Shown here: positions 39,641 to 52,147 of the stretch, piece after piece
Position numbering within the stretch: the stretch's first letter is position 1
Layout of the letters: each line of letters begins with the position of its first letter
NCBI RefSeq assembly: GCF_001194135.2
Contig: NC_068983.1
Span: 147,639,534 to 147,703,533 of the forward strand
Direction: 5' to 3'
DNA: 64,000 bases
Source of the DNA: Octopus bimaculoides
Taxonomy: Eukaryota
Translations under genes and position numbers: made by a program
Notes under the pieces: generated by a model
Told to the model about the DNA's origin: nothing
Database searches by the model: none
Seen by the model: only the letters and a program-made list of their open reading frames with translations

Positions 39641-40994
39641 TGATAACAGTATGGAAGGTCCTTGAATGTAAAAGATTAGCAATATAGAGGTGAATCATTT
39701 CTAAAGCTAATAATACAAAACGGTTCAGGTGGACCAAATGATTTGAAATATGCAAGCTGGATAGGTAGCAAAGAAGTCATATATAGGAAGGTTAAATTTA
39801 TGGCAAGGAGGGCAATATGAACCGCAGGCAGATCAGTGCTTATTTTTGTTAAACATTATTGAATCAGTATAAAGTACATTCAAGTACTTAAAAGGGTCTA
39901 TAACCGTCTATTCCGCTGCAGGAATACGCAAGAAGAAGATGGAAACCTATGCCATACATACAAGCATGCACACATGTAAATATACAAACCCGCAGTCGCA
40001 CATACACACAACGCGCACACGCATATATATATTGTTTATGAATGAAAGAAATGGAATAGGAGCACCGAAAGCATCTTTCGTAACTTAAAAGTGCTACGTA
40101 ATTATTCGGTGCTCTTTCTCATCAGGTACTTTGCTACCTGTCAATTAGAGATCCTTTGCCGTAATGAATTCGTAATGAAACCGGAAAAAAGTTGTACTCT
40201 TCAACAGCCGAAAGGGTAGTGGAAATAGGAATTGATCAAGTTGTCAGTCAAGTGCCTCGTCTTCAAATAACTTCAACGAGTTAGAATGGGGTGTGGTCTT
40301 AAGAATGTCAGTTCCTTTTCTGTATAAATATATTTATGGAGAGGCCTTAGATAGTTCTTAGATGATTTATATTTTTACTTTAGGCTTATGAAACTGAAAG
40401 AAAGGCGCCATACTGGAACAGTGAGAATCCAAGATGAGATGCTAATTACTTAAAGAAGACAATGCGCAGGAGATACGGGAAAGGGGCAAGATGAAACGAT
40501 AGGAAAGTTAAAGATAAAAAATATCAGATATAGTGTCGTTTGTAAATTACTTATATCTACACACTCCCACATACAAACGTTCCTACATAAAATAAAGTCA
40601 GGTAGACATTTAAACACAAGTATATGGAGAATATACATTCATGCTGTCTCTCGTGCATACACACTCATACTTGTTCACATGCGCAGCTCATGAGTGCATT
40701 ACGCAGCATGTAGTCCAATGGTTGAAACTAGTAAAAGAACAATGAATTGTAGAAGTAAAGAGCCAGCGATGATATTAAGAAGACCTCTATATCATCGCTT
40801 TACATGTGCGAGCTTTACATGTTAGAAATACAAGGAAAAATGGGATTTTTGAGAGACTTCAGATCATAGTCTTTTAAAAAAGTCAAAGTCATATTAAATA
40901 ACATAATCTTGTTAACTGGGTTCTTGTTTGTTTAAGGTATAAGGAAAACATATTCAACACATAAACTGGTGTTATCTATAATATTTTCTAATTT

Positions 40995-41200
40995 AGTTAC
41001 AAAAAGAAGCAATATCGATGGTTGAAGTCAATCGATTAAGTCGATCTCAGTAGTGAGCTGGTACTTAATTTTATCCATCCCGGAAGGATAAAAGTTAAAG
41101 TTTACGTTGATTGAATTTGATCTCAGGACATTAAAAGCCGGGTCACATATCGCATGGTATTTTGTCCGACGCTCTTATGCTACAGGTAGTCCATTACAAG
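40995..41200 (-). mobile_element. SINE family C, old
   Basis: GTCGATCTCAGTAGTGAGCTGGTACTTAATTTTATC..GGAAGGATAAAAG..GAATTTGATCTCAGG matches the reverse complement of 51927-52147. Confidence 0.6.
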
Positions 41201-41788
41201 AATTAAAAACTAAAACAAATTTTACGACGAAAACAATCAACAGCATTTTTACAGCAAAGTAAACAGTCATCGAAAGTTAAGTTTCTTTTCCATCAACATA
41301 TAAGCAGAACAGAATGAGAAACGATATTCAAAACAGCCATCAGAAGACCTTTCAAATCAGCAGCGTACGTCACTTATAAAAGTAACACGCGGGGAGCCAA
41401 ACGGGAGAGAAGAAAAAGAAAGAAATAAAAAAAATATTTTAGGTAGACCATACATAAATTAAAAATATTTCTAAGAGTAAGTAACTGAATGCATTTTGTA
41501 TGTATGAATTAGTAATTTGTCAAGCAGATCAAGACAGCCCGAATTCTCCTTTCTGTGAGATAATTAAGATTTCGCTCTATAGTAGAATTAACATTTGAAA
41601 AGAAATGCTGATAACGTCGTGGTGTTGTCATGACTACATCCGATAAACACTCACCAGTTTTGACCTGCAGATCGACAATTGAGCAATACGTCTATTATTG
41701 TAAGAAATTGAAAAATCGAAATTATATGCGTACATATATTTACCCATGCACGCACGCTCGTGTGCGCACACACTCACACACTCACACA

Positions 41789-41857
<69 letters not shown>

Positions 41858-42410
41858 ATGTGTGCTCGCACATATGAAGATGCATGCGTGTGTGTGTGTG
41901 TGTGTGTGCGTGCGTGCGGGCGAGTGCTGAGTATGTGTGCGTATGTTCTATTTATGTATTTAGAAAGAAATAGGGAAAAGGAAAGAGAGGGAGTGAGAGA
42001 GAAGAGAGAGGGAGATACGACAAGTGAAAACACCAGAATAAGAAACAAAACAAAATAAAAAAAATCCAGACTATTTTAACAGATGTTTCATTCAGCGAAA
42101 TGGAAAATATATTAAAATAAAAATTACATTAATAAAAAAAAAAATCCCATCTTGATAAAATAGTTATTATCCACTTGAATTTGATAGATAGAACTGTATA
42201 TTTAAAAGCTTACAGGTATTTCGTGAATGTACTAAAAATTATTTTATAATTGAGATAAACTTGACGATTATACCTACCTCGTTAAATAGTTTATGATAGG
42301 TCTCACCTCTCCTGCTGCCTAGTTTCCGCTTTCTTGAACCAAGTTAACCTGGGAAAGAAAAATGTAATTTTATTTGTAATATGGTAAGAAAATAAACCTC
42401 GATTAAAGAG

Positions 42411-42452
<42 letters not shown>

Positions 42453-43249
42453 NNNNNNNNNNNNNNNNNNNNNNNNNNNNNNNNNNNNNNNNNNNNNNNN
42501 NNNNNNNNNNNNNNNNNNNNNNNNNNNNNNNNNNNNNNNNNNNNNNNNNNNNNNNNNNNNNNNNNNNNNNNNNNNNNNNNNNNNNNNNNNNNNNNNNNNN
42601 NNNNNNNNNNNNNNNNNNNNNNNNNNNNNNNNNNNNNNNNNNNNNNNNNNNNNNNNNNNNNNNNNNNNNNNNNNNNNNNNNNNNNNNNNNNNNNNNNNNN
42701 NNNNNNNNNNNNNNNNNNNNNNNNNNNNNNNNNNNNNNNNNNNNNNNNNNNNNNNNNNNNNNNNNNNNNNNNNNNNNNNNNNNNNNNNNNNNNNNNNNNN
42801 NNNNNNNNNNNNNNNNNNNNNNNNNNNNNNNNNNNNNNNNNNNNNNNNNNNNNNNNNNNNNNNNNNNNNNNNNNNATATATATCACACAAAAACTCAGAC
42901 ACGCATACACCTGCACAAACAGACAAATACACACATGATAACCAGAGTTATAAGTAATAATTTCTAATTTAGTTTCATAAACAGTAGTTTTTATAGTAGT
43001 GTTCAGTCGATTCAATCGACCTCAATACTGGACAAGTACTTTATTTTATCCTCTCCTGACGGATGAAAGACAAAGCTGATTTGCTAGTATTGTAAAGAAG
43101 CAGAACACATTCCATTTCCATACTGAATTCTACCCGACGCCCTCATGATTCTGATAATACATAACAACAATAAAATGGAAATTTTATAATATCGTTATTC
43201 GGAGCAGTGACAGCGTAAAGTCTCTATTTTAGTAGCGTACATAAATGAT

Positions 43250-43920
43250 GGCTGCAACTCTCAGCCCAATCCTGGGTAAAATTGGTCAGTCTATTCGTCA
43301 TCTCATCCCAGTTCTTATCCACTTGGAGGCCGGGAACGAACCAGACTCCGAGCAGTTTAACTGGTCCGTCCTTCCAGCGTCCAACGTCGCCGTACGACAC
43401 CATCGACTTGCCTCTTCAGGTGCTCAACCGCAAGCCCTGCCACTTGTCTTGTATTCCTTTAGGTGTCTGACACTGTGACGGAGGTATCTGACATCATGAC
43501 GATGACGCCATCCGCGTACGCCATTTCCTTCTCGTGTCCCATTTCGAAAGGGATGCCTCTCAACAGTTCCAAAGCCCGCAGCAGTGGCTCGGGAGCCAGC
43601 ACGTACAGCAGGCAGCCTCGACGGAAGGAGCGTGTCATGCAAAACGGTTCCGATAGGTGACCGCTTACTTTGAGCACCGAGCAATCGCCGCTGTGCATTG
43701 CAGCGATCCAGTCTCTAAAAACAGATCCGAAACCGACCGTTTCAGGACAGCTTCCAAGTAGCGATGGTCGATTCTGTCGAATGCTTCAGATTGATCCAAA
43801 TTGATTAGAGTTCCATCGAAGCCAGATTTAGTCCCAGCTCTCTCTATTATGTATTGCATAATGTGGCGGTTGTCGTGGATAGACCTGTTCAGGATTGCAT
43901 ACGTTTGCACTTCCCCGTCC
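43250..43920 (-). mobile_element. Tx1/L1-clade LINE reverse transcriptase fragment
   Basis: QTYAILNRSIHDNRHI..LINLDQSEAFDRIDHRYL, VSGHLSEPF..RRGC..LLYVLAPEPLL..AYADGV, KDGPVKLLGVWF..DKNWDE. The block is GC-rich and frameshifted. Confidence 0.9.
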
Positions 43921-44399
43921 AGACTTATTCAATAAAATATTTATCACTGTTTCTCATCGTAGTTTAACTCGCAGTTTATCCATCTGTATTGAATTCATTC
44001 TTTCCCAAAAACATTTGCTTCTCGACACAAGAAAACATGTAACTATTCTCTAATTACTATCATATAATAATAAATCTGTAGTTTTGTTATGACAGAAATT
44101 CCCTTTCTACCACTCTTCTGATACTGAAATAACGCATACTATTTAACAATTTTTGTTTTTAAGATTAAATTTATATTAAACTGTCCTCACTGTTCTGCTT
44201 CTAATCAGTTCTTCAGTTTTGTTGTTTTATCTTGCAGACTAAGTTGGTAAGAAGAGATGTTATTTGTCCTTTTACATACAACAAATGTTGAGATTTTCAT
44301 AACTTATATATTGGCGATATTAGCATTTCAAAGTTCGTTTCGGCATTTTTTCATTTTCTGCCGACGGAAACTGCGTCTGCGCAGTGGATTATGGGAAAA

Positions 44400-45010
44400 C
44401 CCACTTCTAGCGTGTAGAACCCCCTATACTGATAGGAACTGTACCGTATGTAGATTTAGCCCACAAACAAACTGTAAAGCTAGGAATGTAGTTTATAGTA
44501 TCAAATGTACAGAGGGACGGTGCAGTAACAAGACAACGACGTACGTAGGAGAAACAGCACGGAGCATAGGAGAACGGGAAAATGTGTATTGAAGGGAACT
44601 TAGGGAAGAGAAGAGCTCATCGGTTCTGTACCAGCACGCCGAGCAGGAACACGGGGGATCGCTCAACAACATAGAAGTTAAAATCTTGTCTACACAGAGA
44701 ATAGACGCAACGCTTAGACAAATTACAGAAGGTACACACATAATAGAAGATAAACCTAGCCTGAATAGGAAACTAGAATGGAAGACTAGCACACACACCC
44801 AATATACTAAAACCTATGACAGAATAAGATCCCCATCAACTGATAATAATATGAATATAATACAATACACAGATAAATAAATGGAATTAAATAACTATAT
44901 ACATTTACAAAATAAATTAAATTAAATCAATTACAAAAAGAAAGGAAAGAAGAAACCAAAGACCACTGATGAGGTCACAGAAGTGTGACGAAAGAACTCT
45001 GGCCGAAATA
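44400..45010 (+). mobile_element. 5'-truncated PLE: GIY-YIG endonuclease plus 3' terminal repeat with HHR (same family as 29830-31353)
   Basis: CTVCRFSPQTNCKARNVVYSIKC..TYVGETARSIGER..*..LYQHAEQEH..RQITEGTHIIEDKPSLNRKLEW: GIY-YIG motifs with the PLE-typical CCHH residues and one in-frame stop. Confidence 0.9.
44961..45004 (+). ncRNA. Minimal type-I hammerhead ribozyme with intact catalytic core
   Basis: GACCA-CTGATGA-G-GTCACA-GAAG-TGTGAC-GAAA-G-AA-C-TC-TGGCC. Stem I pairs 4/5, stem II 6/6, stem III is 1 bp. Predicted cleavage is 3' of C44999. Confidence 0.85.
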
Positions 45011-45168
45011 CGATTAATGTAAAATAAAGCTGAAGCAAGTGAACACCGATTATATAGTGCGTGTGATTTTAGTGGCTAAACTGGCAACGTGACCATCTCC
45101 AAATACAACAATATCTGTTTCAACACACAAATTCACATCAAGTGTCTTGCAAAAGGAATATATAAACG

Positions 45169-45201
<33 letters not shown>

Positions 45202-45440
45202 NNNNNNNNNNNNNNNNNNNNNNNNNNNNNNNNNNNNNNNNNNNNNNNNNNNNNNNNNNNNNNNNNNNNNNNNNNNNNNNNNNNNNNNNNNNNNNNNNNN
45301 NNNNNNNNNNNNNNNNNNNNNNNNNNNNNNNNNNNNNNNNNNNNNNNNNNNNNNNNNNNNNNNNNNNNNNNNNNNNNNNNNNNNNNNNNNNNNNNNNNNN
45401 NNNNNNNNNNNNNNNNNNNNNNNNNNNNNNNNNNNNNNNN

Positions 45441-45484
<44 letters not shown>

Positions 45485-45494
45485 GCACGCACAC

Positions 45495-46099
45495 ATGACG
45501 ATGATGAGGAGGAAGCCTTATCAGTCATGGTAAGGAGGATGGTGTGGGTGATGATAATAATGATGCTGATCTGAATGTAAATGATAACAATAATGATATT
45601 GATGATGATGACGACGACGACGACGACAACTGCGATGCTGGAGGGGAGGTAGACGATAATGATGATGATAGTGATGACAAGAAAATAAGGACGATATTGA
45701 ATTGTGATCGAATATTCTGATTAAAAGATGACAAAAGATGACAAAAGTTGATAAAATCACTAAACTGAAATAAAGCTTAAAAAGAAAGAAATGAAAAAAA
45801 AAAACTGAGTATCACCGATGGGAAGACAAGCATTCGGAAAGGAAAAAAAAATAATGATAATAATAAGATACAAAACTAGATAACTACAGAAATACAATAA
45901 GACTAATTCAACAGTATATGGTGATCTCAAGTCAAAGAGTAACGCTGCGTAATAAACACGAAGACTCATTAAGTATAGGAAAACGTCGTTGATGCAGCGA
46001 TTCTAACGCTTCTGCAAATATTTACTCAGCCATTAGCTCATACGTAAATGTATGTGTCTGCGAGTATATGTATGCATGTATACATGTATGTATGAAAGC

Positions 46100-46147
<48 letters not shown>

Positions 46148-46760
46148 NNNNNNNNNNNNNNNNNNNNNNNNNNNNNNNNNNNNNNNNNNNNNNNNNNNNN
46201 NNNNNNNNNNNNNNNNNNNNNNNNNNNNNNNNNNNNNNNNNNNNNNNNNNNNNNNNNNNNNNNNNNNNNNNNNNNNNNNNNNNNNNNNNNNNNNNNNNNN
46301 NNNNNNNNNNNNNNNNNNNNNNNNNNNNNNNNNNNNNNNNNNNNNNNNNNNNNNNNNNNNNNNNNNNNNNNNNNNNNNNNNNNNNNNNNNNNNNNATATA
46401 AATACATACATATATGTATACATGTGTATATATGTCTATATTTTGTGCATTATCTTTTGTGTAGTTTAGGTGGTGAGAAAGGTTGAAGAGACATTAATGA
46501 TGATATAGTAACGATGATAATGAGAGTAATAGTATCGAAAATGATTCTGGCGGCGGTGGTGGATTCTGTGACGACGACTACGACGACGACGACGATGATG
46601 ATGATGATGATGATGTTGATGATGATGCTGACGACGACGACGATGACGACGAATACGATGACACTGAACCTGGTGATGTAGAAACCATTTGATGCTGATA
46701 GTGTTGTCGTTAAGGATGAAGAGAGAAAAAGTGCGATATGAAGACGACAGTGGCGGTGTT
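45495..46760 (+). repeat. Two (GAT/GAC)n low-complexity tracts (about 45495-45740 and 46490-46740) with TA microsatellites and a gap between them
   Basis: Direct inspection. Confidence 0.85.
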
Positions 46761-46834
46761 ACACACTGTGATGTGGTTAATAGATAAGGTGCAAGACGCA
46801 CGAATACAACAATACGGTGTTCATATGCACAGAC

Positions 46835-47195
46835 GCATGCGTGGCTGTGTGGTAAGAAGTATTTTCTACTATAGCCCAGGCTTCTGTTACAGTGACAGGT
46901 TTCTCGGTGGATTTAGTCGACGGAAACTGAAAGAAGCCTATTGTATATAATATGTACGTGTGTGTATGTGTGTGTTGTGCGTGGGTGTGGGTGTTTATGC
47001 TTGTCCTTCACCACTACTTGACAACCAAACTTGATTTGTTTACGTCCCCATAACATAGGAGTTCGGCAAAAGATAGCGTTAGAGTAAGTACCAAGCTTAA
47101 AAACAAGAGAGTGATGGAGGCGATTTCTTTGGCCTCCACTTCAAGGTAGTATCCCAGAGCGACTACAATTTAATGACTGAAACAATTAAAAAAAG
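46835..47195 (+). mobile_element. SINE family B, old, internally deleted
   Basis: GCGTGGCTGTGTGGTAAG..GACGGAAACTGAAAGAAGCC..TTTACGTCCCC..ATGACTGAAACAATTAAAA. Confidence 0.75.
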
Positions 47196-47689
47196 TTAAT
47201 ACCCACATGCATATATAGTTCTCAAAACAGCAAGAAAAGTATTTTAATCTCCAGTCTATCGGAGCGTCCCGTAAAATATCATAATGACAGATTTGGAGCT
47301 AATTTACAGTAAATACATTTGGGATTAATGATCTTAAGCTACATCTCTTTGTTTAACTACTGATGGAAGGAACCGTTTATACATACAATATACATACATA
47401 TGTAGATAGATAGATGTTTGACTGAGCGTACAGCTATGTTTTTAAAAACTGCGCGGCAGACTAAATTATATACACAAGTAATGTTCACTAACATCGGTAG
47501 GCGAAGAAACAGAAAATCTAATTGAAAATTAAAGCCTAAAGAGCAAACATCATTGTGAAGTGTTGAAGTACCGTGAATTTCAAAGAACCGCACTTGAGTT
47601 TTGAAAGCAGACCATCAAAAGTATCCCACTTAGCAAATTCAATATTAAAATACAGATAGTGACTATCAATTTAATATTGGTTTCAAATT

Positions 47690-47850
47690 ATGGTACAAGG
47701 TCGGCAATTTTAGGGGATGGGGTGAAGTCGATCACATCGAACCCAGTGCTCAACCGCAAAAGGATGAAAGGCAAAGTCAACCTCCGTGGAATTTGTACTC
47801 AGAACTTAAAGATGGATGAAATCTGCTTAAATTTCGCCAGCTCGCAGCCA
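47690..47850 (-). mobile_element. SINE family C, internally deleted
   Basis: GGTACAAGG..AAGTCGATCACATCG..AAAAGGATGAAAGGCAAAGTCAACCTC..GAACTTAAAGATGGATGAAAT..CCAGCTCGC. Confidence 0.7.
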
Positions 47851-48392
47851 TTATCAATTTGATAATATTAATAAATGCTTCTCAGCATAACGAGGTAATA
47901 TTTTCATGCAAAGTTTATCAGCATGCTTGATAAAATTAATGCAATGCCAAATTAGATTAAGTTTAGAATTCTTTTTTAATGCAAAAGAAAATAATATATC
48001 AATTTATACAGAGAAAATGAAAATGAAAATGAAAACTAAATGTATATATACATGCAATGCCTTCATTAGTAGTTAAACGAAGAAAAAGTTTTACATATTA
48101 CAGAGATATTTATTAATATTATTATTTTGATAATTTTTTTCAATATTTTCATTTTAATTGTATTTGCAGATGGTCGATCACTCTTGAATGCAAGTTTCTA
48201 TAATCAAAAGGAAGCAAATTTCTTTATTCTCCTTTCAATTATGTTACACATATACTGAAACCCACTCAATAATAATCTCCAGTAATTGTTGCTAGACCAT
48301 TAACTTTGTACTTTAATGTAACTAGCTTGTGTCAGTCGTAATAATTTGTTTATATTCTAATTTAAAAGAGAGTGAATGTTCATGATTATTAA

Positions 48393-48620
48393 ATAATCCT
48401 TTCTACTATAGGTTCAAGGCTTGAATATTTTTCTTTTTTGGTTGAGGATATTAATCAATTACCTTGGCCCCAATGCTTGTCTGATACTTAATTCATCGAC
48501 TCCGAAAGGATGAAAATCTAAGTCGACCTCGGTGAAATATGAACTCAGAACGTAAAGACGGACGAAATATCGCCTAGCATTTTGTCTGATGTGCTACGAT
48601 TTTGGTAGCTCACCGCCCTT
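48393..48620 (-). mobile_element. SINE family C, full length
   Basis: Reverse-complement match to 51927-52147 over its whole length. Confidence 0.85.
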
Positions 48621-48626
48621 GAATCA

Positions 48627-50544
48627 CACTGGAAAACGATTTTGAACATAATTTCTGTTGAGTTTACCTTTTCACTTGATTTTTACTAAAATTGGCATGT
48701 TGATTTCAAAACTACAGTCAGTTTTCTTCTACCACGTCAAGTTCTTTTTTTTTTCTACAGCTTATTCTCTGAATAAGCATAATTGTATTGTTTGTCCGTA
48801 AGAAATGCAGCTGGTCAGATGCTTTATTATTTTAATGATAATATTGGAGAATATTTTTCGAAAAATGTTTAGGTGCTTTGCTTTTTATAATTTGTCCTAC
48901 CTAATTTTGATGGTGCTGGGTTCAGAAATTCCCCCAGAAAGTTTTTATCATAATTTTTTTTTTTTTTTTTTTNNNNNNNNNNTTTTTTTTTTTTTTTTGT
49001 TAAATAGGAATTCCTTTTTTACCAACAATGTCAATTTTGGGGCTAAATGTAGTACTGAAAAAAAAAAAAAACTAACACCAATCGAATAGTAATTTTTATT
49101 GTTTAATACATATGATATATTACACAAAATGTTTAATTACACATGAAGTTTCTCATTGTTGCTTTGCGTGAATAACTTGCACCTTAACAGTCTCTTTGCA
49201 GAAATCAGTAGTAGTCAGCCTTCATATTTGTGTTCCACCTGTCTTGAAACCTGGTCTCGATGTTTTGGTGGAATCTTTCTCTTTGCTCATCCCTTATTAC
49301 CCTATGATTTTCAGGAAAGTAGTCCAAATGATGGATCAGGAAATGCACTTTTACATTCATGTTGCACCCCACTGAGTAGCAGGGTTTGCTCAAGTGCTTC
49401 ATAATTTGATGACTTCCTGTTTCCCTGAAAATAAGCCATAACTGCAGCAAAAGCATTCAGTGCTTCTTTTTCAACGCCAGGCATGGTCTCCAAAAACTGC
49501 TCGTCTGGCAGTAGCCACCTCATCTGTGGCCCGTCAAAAACATCAGCCTTAATTTTCTCACAAGACAAAGCTGGAAACTTTCTGCCCAGGTATTCAAAAC
49601 AGTCACTGTCTCAGTGTTTCAACACATGTTTTACACACTATATGAAGTGCCCAGGTTTGGTCTTGATCACCCAGAGTCTTGCCAAATTAAGTAAGGTGAG
49701 CTTTCTTCACAAAATCCGTGATTTTGTCTCGTTGCCTAGTTAAGTGTGTTTCCACAAATAAAACAGAAGACATCAGGGCAATTTTTACAATGTCTTCTCT
49801 TACAATTGGCCCTATTTCTGAAATATAAAACATGTATTCAAGCCAGTTGTCACTTGGGGGAAACATTTTCAGAGTTGTCAAGTTATAAAATAAGCAAATG
49901 TAGATTTGTTATGGCAATGTTCCATAAACAGTATATATATCATGAAGTTATTTTTACAGCTCTTTGACCATACTTGACCAAAAGCGACCATGATGCATGT
50001 GATTCACAAGGGAAATATTAAGAGCGTATTCAAAATATCAATTTCACAAGGATTAGTTAAAGGTTCAACAAAACATGTCTCATCTGGTTTGCAATGATAG
50101 TCAAACTAAATCAAGCACAGCATAGGTAGAATATATCTGCTGACAATCCGCAAATATGAGGCATGTATGACGTCAAGAACCACAGAAATGAGCTGTTTAT
50201 TAGCATTTAACTATAGAAAGGGCATTTCTGCTATCATCATGACATTGAAAACTACTCAGATTGAAAATAGTGGAAGTTGCTCAACTTTACTGTTTTATTT
50301 TATTTACTGAAGATACTTAAACCATGACTTTTGTTTTTATTATTGCTGTTGCATCTACTTTAAATTCTATTGAAAAGCTATGTTTTCAAGCTACATCAGA
50401 CCCCATACATGGGTCTGCATTTAATGAAGCTAAATGGTCACAATACTGGAAATGATGAAAAATGGATATTTGAGTTTGTGATAGAGCAAAATGTATTTCA
50501 GTTTTGAAATCAACACCAGACAACAAAAAGTATGTTCGCCAGTA
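48627..50544 (-). mobile_element. Internally deleted Chapaev3-like (CMC superfamily) DNA transposon
   Basis: Minus strand CKNCPDVFCFICG..ITDFVKKAH..FGKTLGDQDQTWALHIVCKTCVE is joined directly to FPALSCEKIKADVFDGPQMR..GCNMNVKVHFL.HHLDYFPEN..EQ.ERFHQ..RWNTNM.ADY. Termini CACTGG..GAACATA..TGTTGATTTCAAAACT are present as imperfect inverted repeats. Confidence 0.7.
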
Positions 50545-51359
50545 TTATTAAATGATAATAAAACTGGACTGTTCAGTTTTCCTCCTTAGCTGTAGTGTCG
50601 TATCGTGGGCTTAATTTCACACCGAAATCAGTTGCCCGTGCCATTTACTTATTTATTCATAACTCGCGTTGTATGGGTACTTTAGTAGTTATTGTTAAGC
50701 AATCATACCTCACTGTTATGTAAACACGCAGAAACTACAGTTTCTGGAGTTTTCTGTTAATCATTCTATGATATCGACACATTTGATTCTCAATTTGTGT
50801 AATTTTTTTCTGATACATAATACGTCTAATTTTCCTTTATACCCGTTATTCGTCCAACAGTATTCATTCATTCAGCAAATATTTCATTATTTTATTGCGG
50901 TCTTAATCTCTTTAAAACGAACTCAAAATTAGTTTGTCATCTACGTGGTCGTTTAGTATGCTAGAAATAGCAGGGATCAGGTGCTTGTATTCTAAGGCCT
51001 ATCGTATACCGGACAGTTGTAACAACAAATTAAACTGATATTTTTTCAAATCATATCGTTGTCATAAACCAGTTCAAAGAGGGTTTTTATGCAAACTTTA
51101 TTTCTGCTCGCCGTCTAATCCATCAATCACTGCCGTTCAACGATTAAAACGCTTTGTTTTATATTAAGTAAAGACTGTATCCATCTATCAACGTCATTCG
51201 ACACTATGCCGCATTCTCGTACTCAATACAAAATAAGATATCTATATTTCTATCTATTATTTACAATTGTAGAAAAGAATTAATGATAGGATAATATAAT
51301 TCATAACAGTCGGCGTAACCATTTCAAATTACTTCCACTGAGCTTACCTCCCGGTTGCT

Positions 51360-51736
51360 GGAGGCGCAATGGTCCAGTGGTTAGGGTAGCGGACTTGCGG
51401 TCATAGGATCGCGGCTTTGATTCCCAGACCGGGTGTTTGGAGTGTTTATTGAGCGAAAACACCTAAAGCTCCACGAGGCTCCGGCAGCGGATGGTGGCGA
51501 ACGCTGCTGTACTTTTTCACAACTTTCTCTCACTCATTCTTCCTGTTTCTGTTGTGCCTGTAATTCAAAGGGTCAGCCTTGTCACACTGTGTCACGCTGA
51601 ATATCCCCGAGAACTACGTTAAGGGTACACGTGTCTGTGGAGTGCTCAACCACTTGCACGTTAATTTCACGAGCAGGCTGTTCCGTTGATCGGATCAACT
51701 GGAACCCTCGACGTCGTAAGCGACGGAGTGCCAACA
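51360..51736 (+). mobile_element. SINE family A, full length, with 8-bp TSD
   Basis: CTCCCGGT at 51348-51355 and 51739-51746. Near-identical to 63617-63995. Confidence 0.95.
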
Positions 51737-51926
51737 CTCTCCCGGTAACTTGAAATTACGTTCAGATTACCAGGAAGTGGAATGAAGTCGATTTCAAATT
51801 ACCCCAGCTGTATTTTGAAACAGACTCAGTTTATCCTTTATGATTTTAGATTACTCCCTTAAGTCCTTTTCCAACTGTTCGTCGTCTTGGTGTTAAATAG
51901 AAGAATAATTATTATAATACGTTAGG

Positions 51927-52147
51927 AAAAGCGGCGAGCAGACAGAATCGTTAGCACACCGGGAAAAATGCTTAGCGGAATTTCGTCCGTCTTTACATTC
52001 TGAGTTCAAGTTCCGCCGAGGTCGACTTTGCTTTTCATTTTTTTCGGGGTCGATGAAATAAGTATCATTCATGCACTGTGGTCGATGTAATAGACTAGCC
52101 CCCTCCCACAAAATTTCAGGTCTGGTGCCTATAGTACAAAGGATAAT
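51927..52147 (+). mobile_element. tRNA-derived SINE, family C, full length
   Basis: Head GCGGCGAGCAGACAGAATCGTTAG, B box GAGTTCAAGTTCC, tail GTGCCTATAGTACAAAGGATAAT. Confidence 0.88.

Noticed and set aside
40090-40130. Minus-strand CTGATGA-G..GAAT resembling a hammerhead core
   Set aside because: No stem II pairing and no GAAA/UH arrangement.
41367-41382. CRE half-site ACGTCA adjacent to TATAAAAG, a possible promoter
   Set aside because: Short motifs are expected by chance in 64 kb of AT-rich DNA, and there is no downstream exon evidence.
47430-47640. Possible RTE C-terminal remnant (GRRRNRKSN*KLKPKE..)
   Set aside because: Similarity is too weak to support without a database search.
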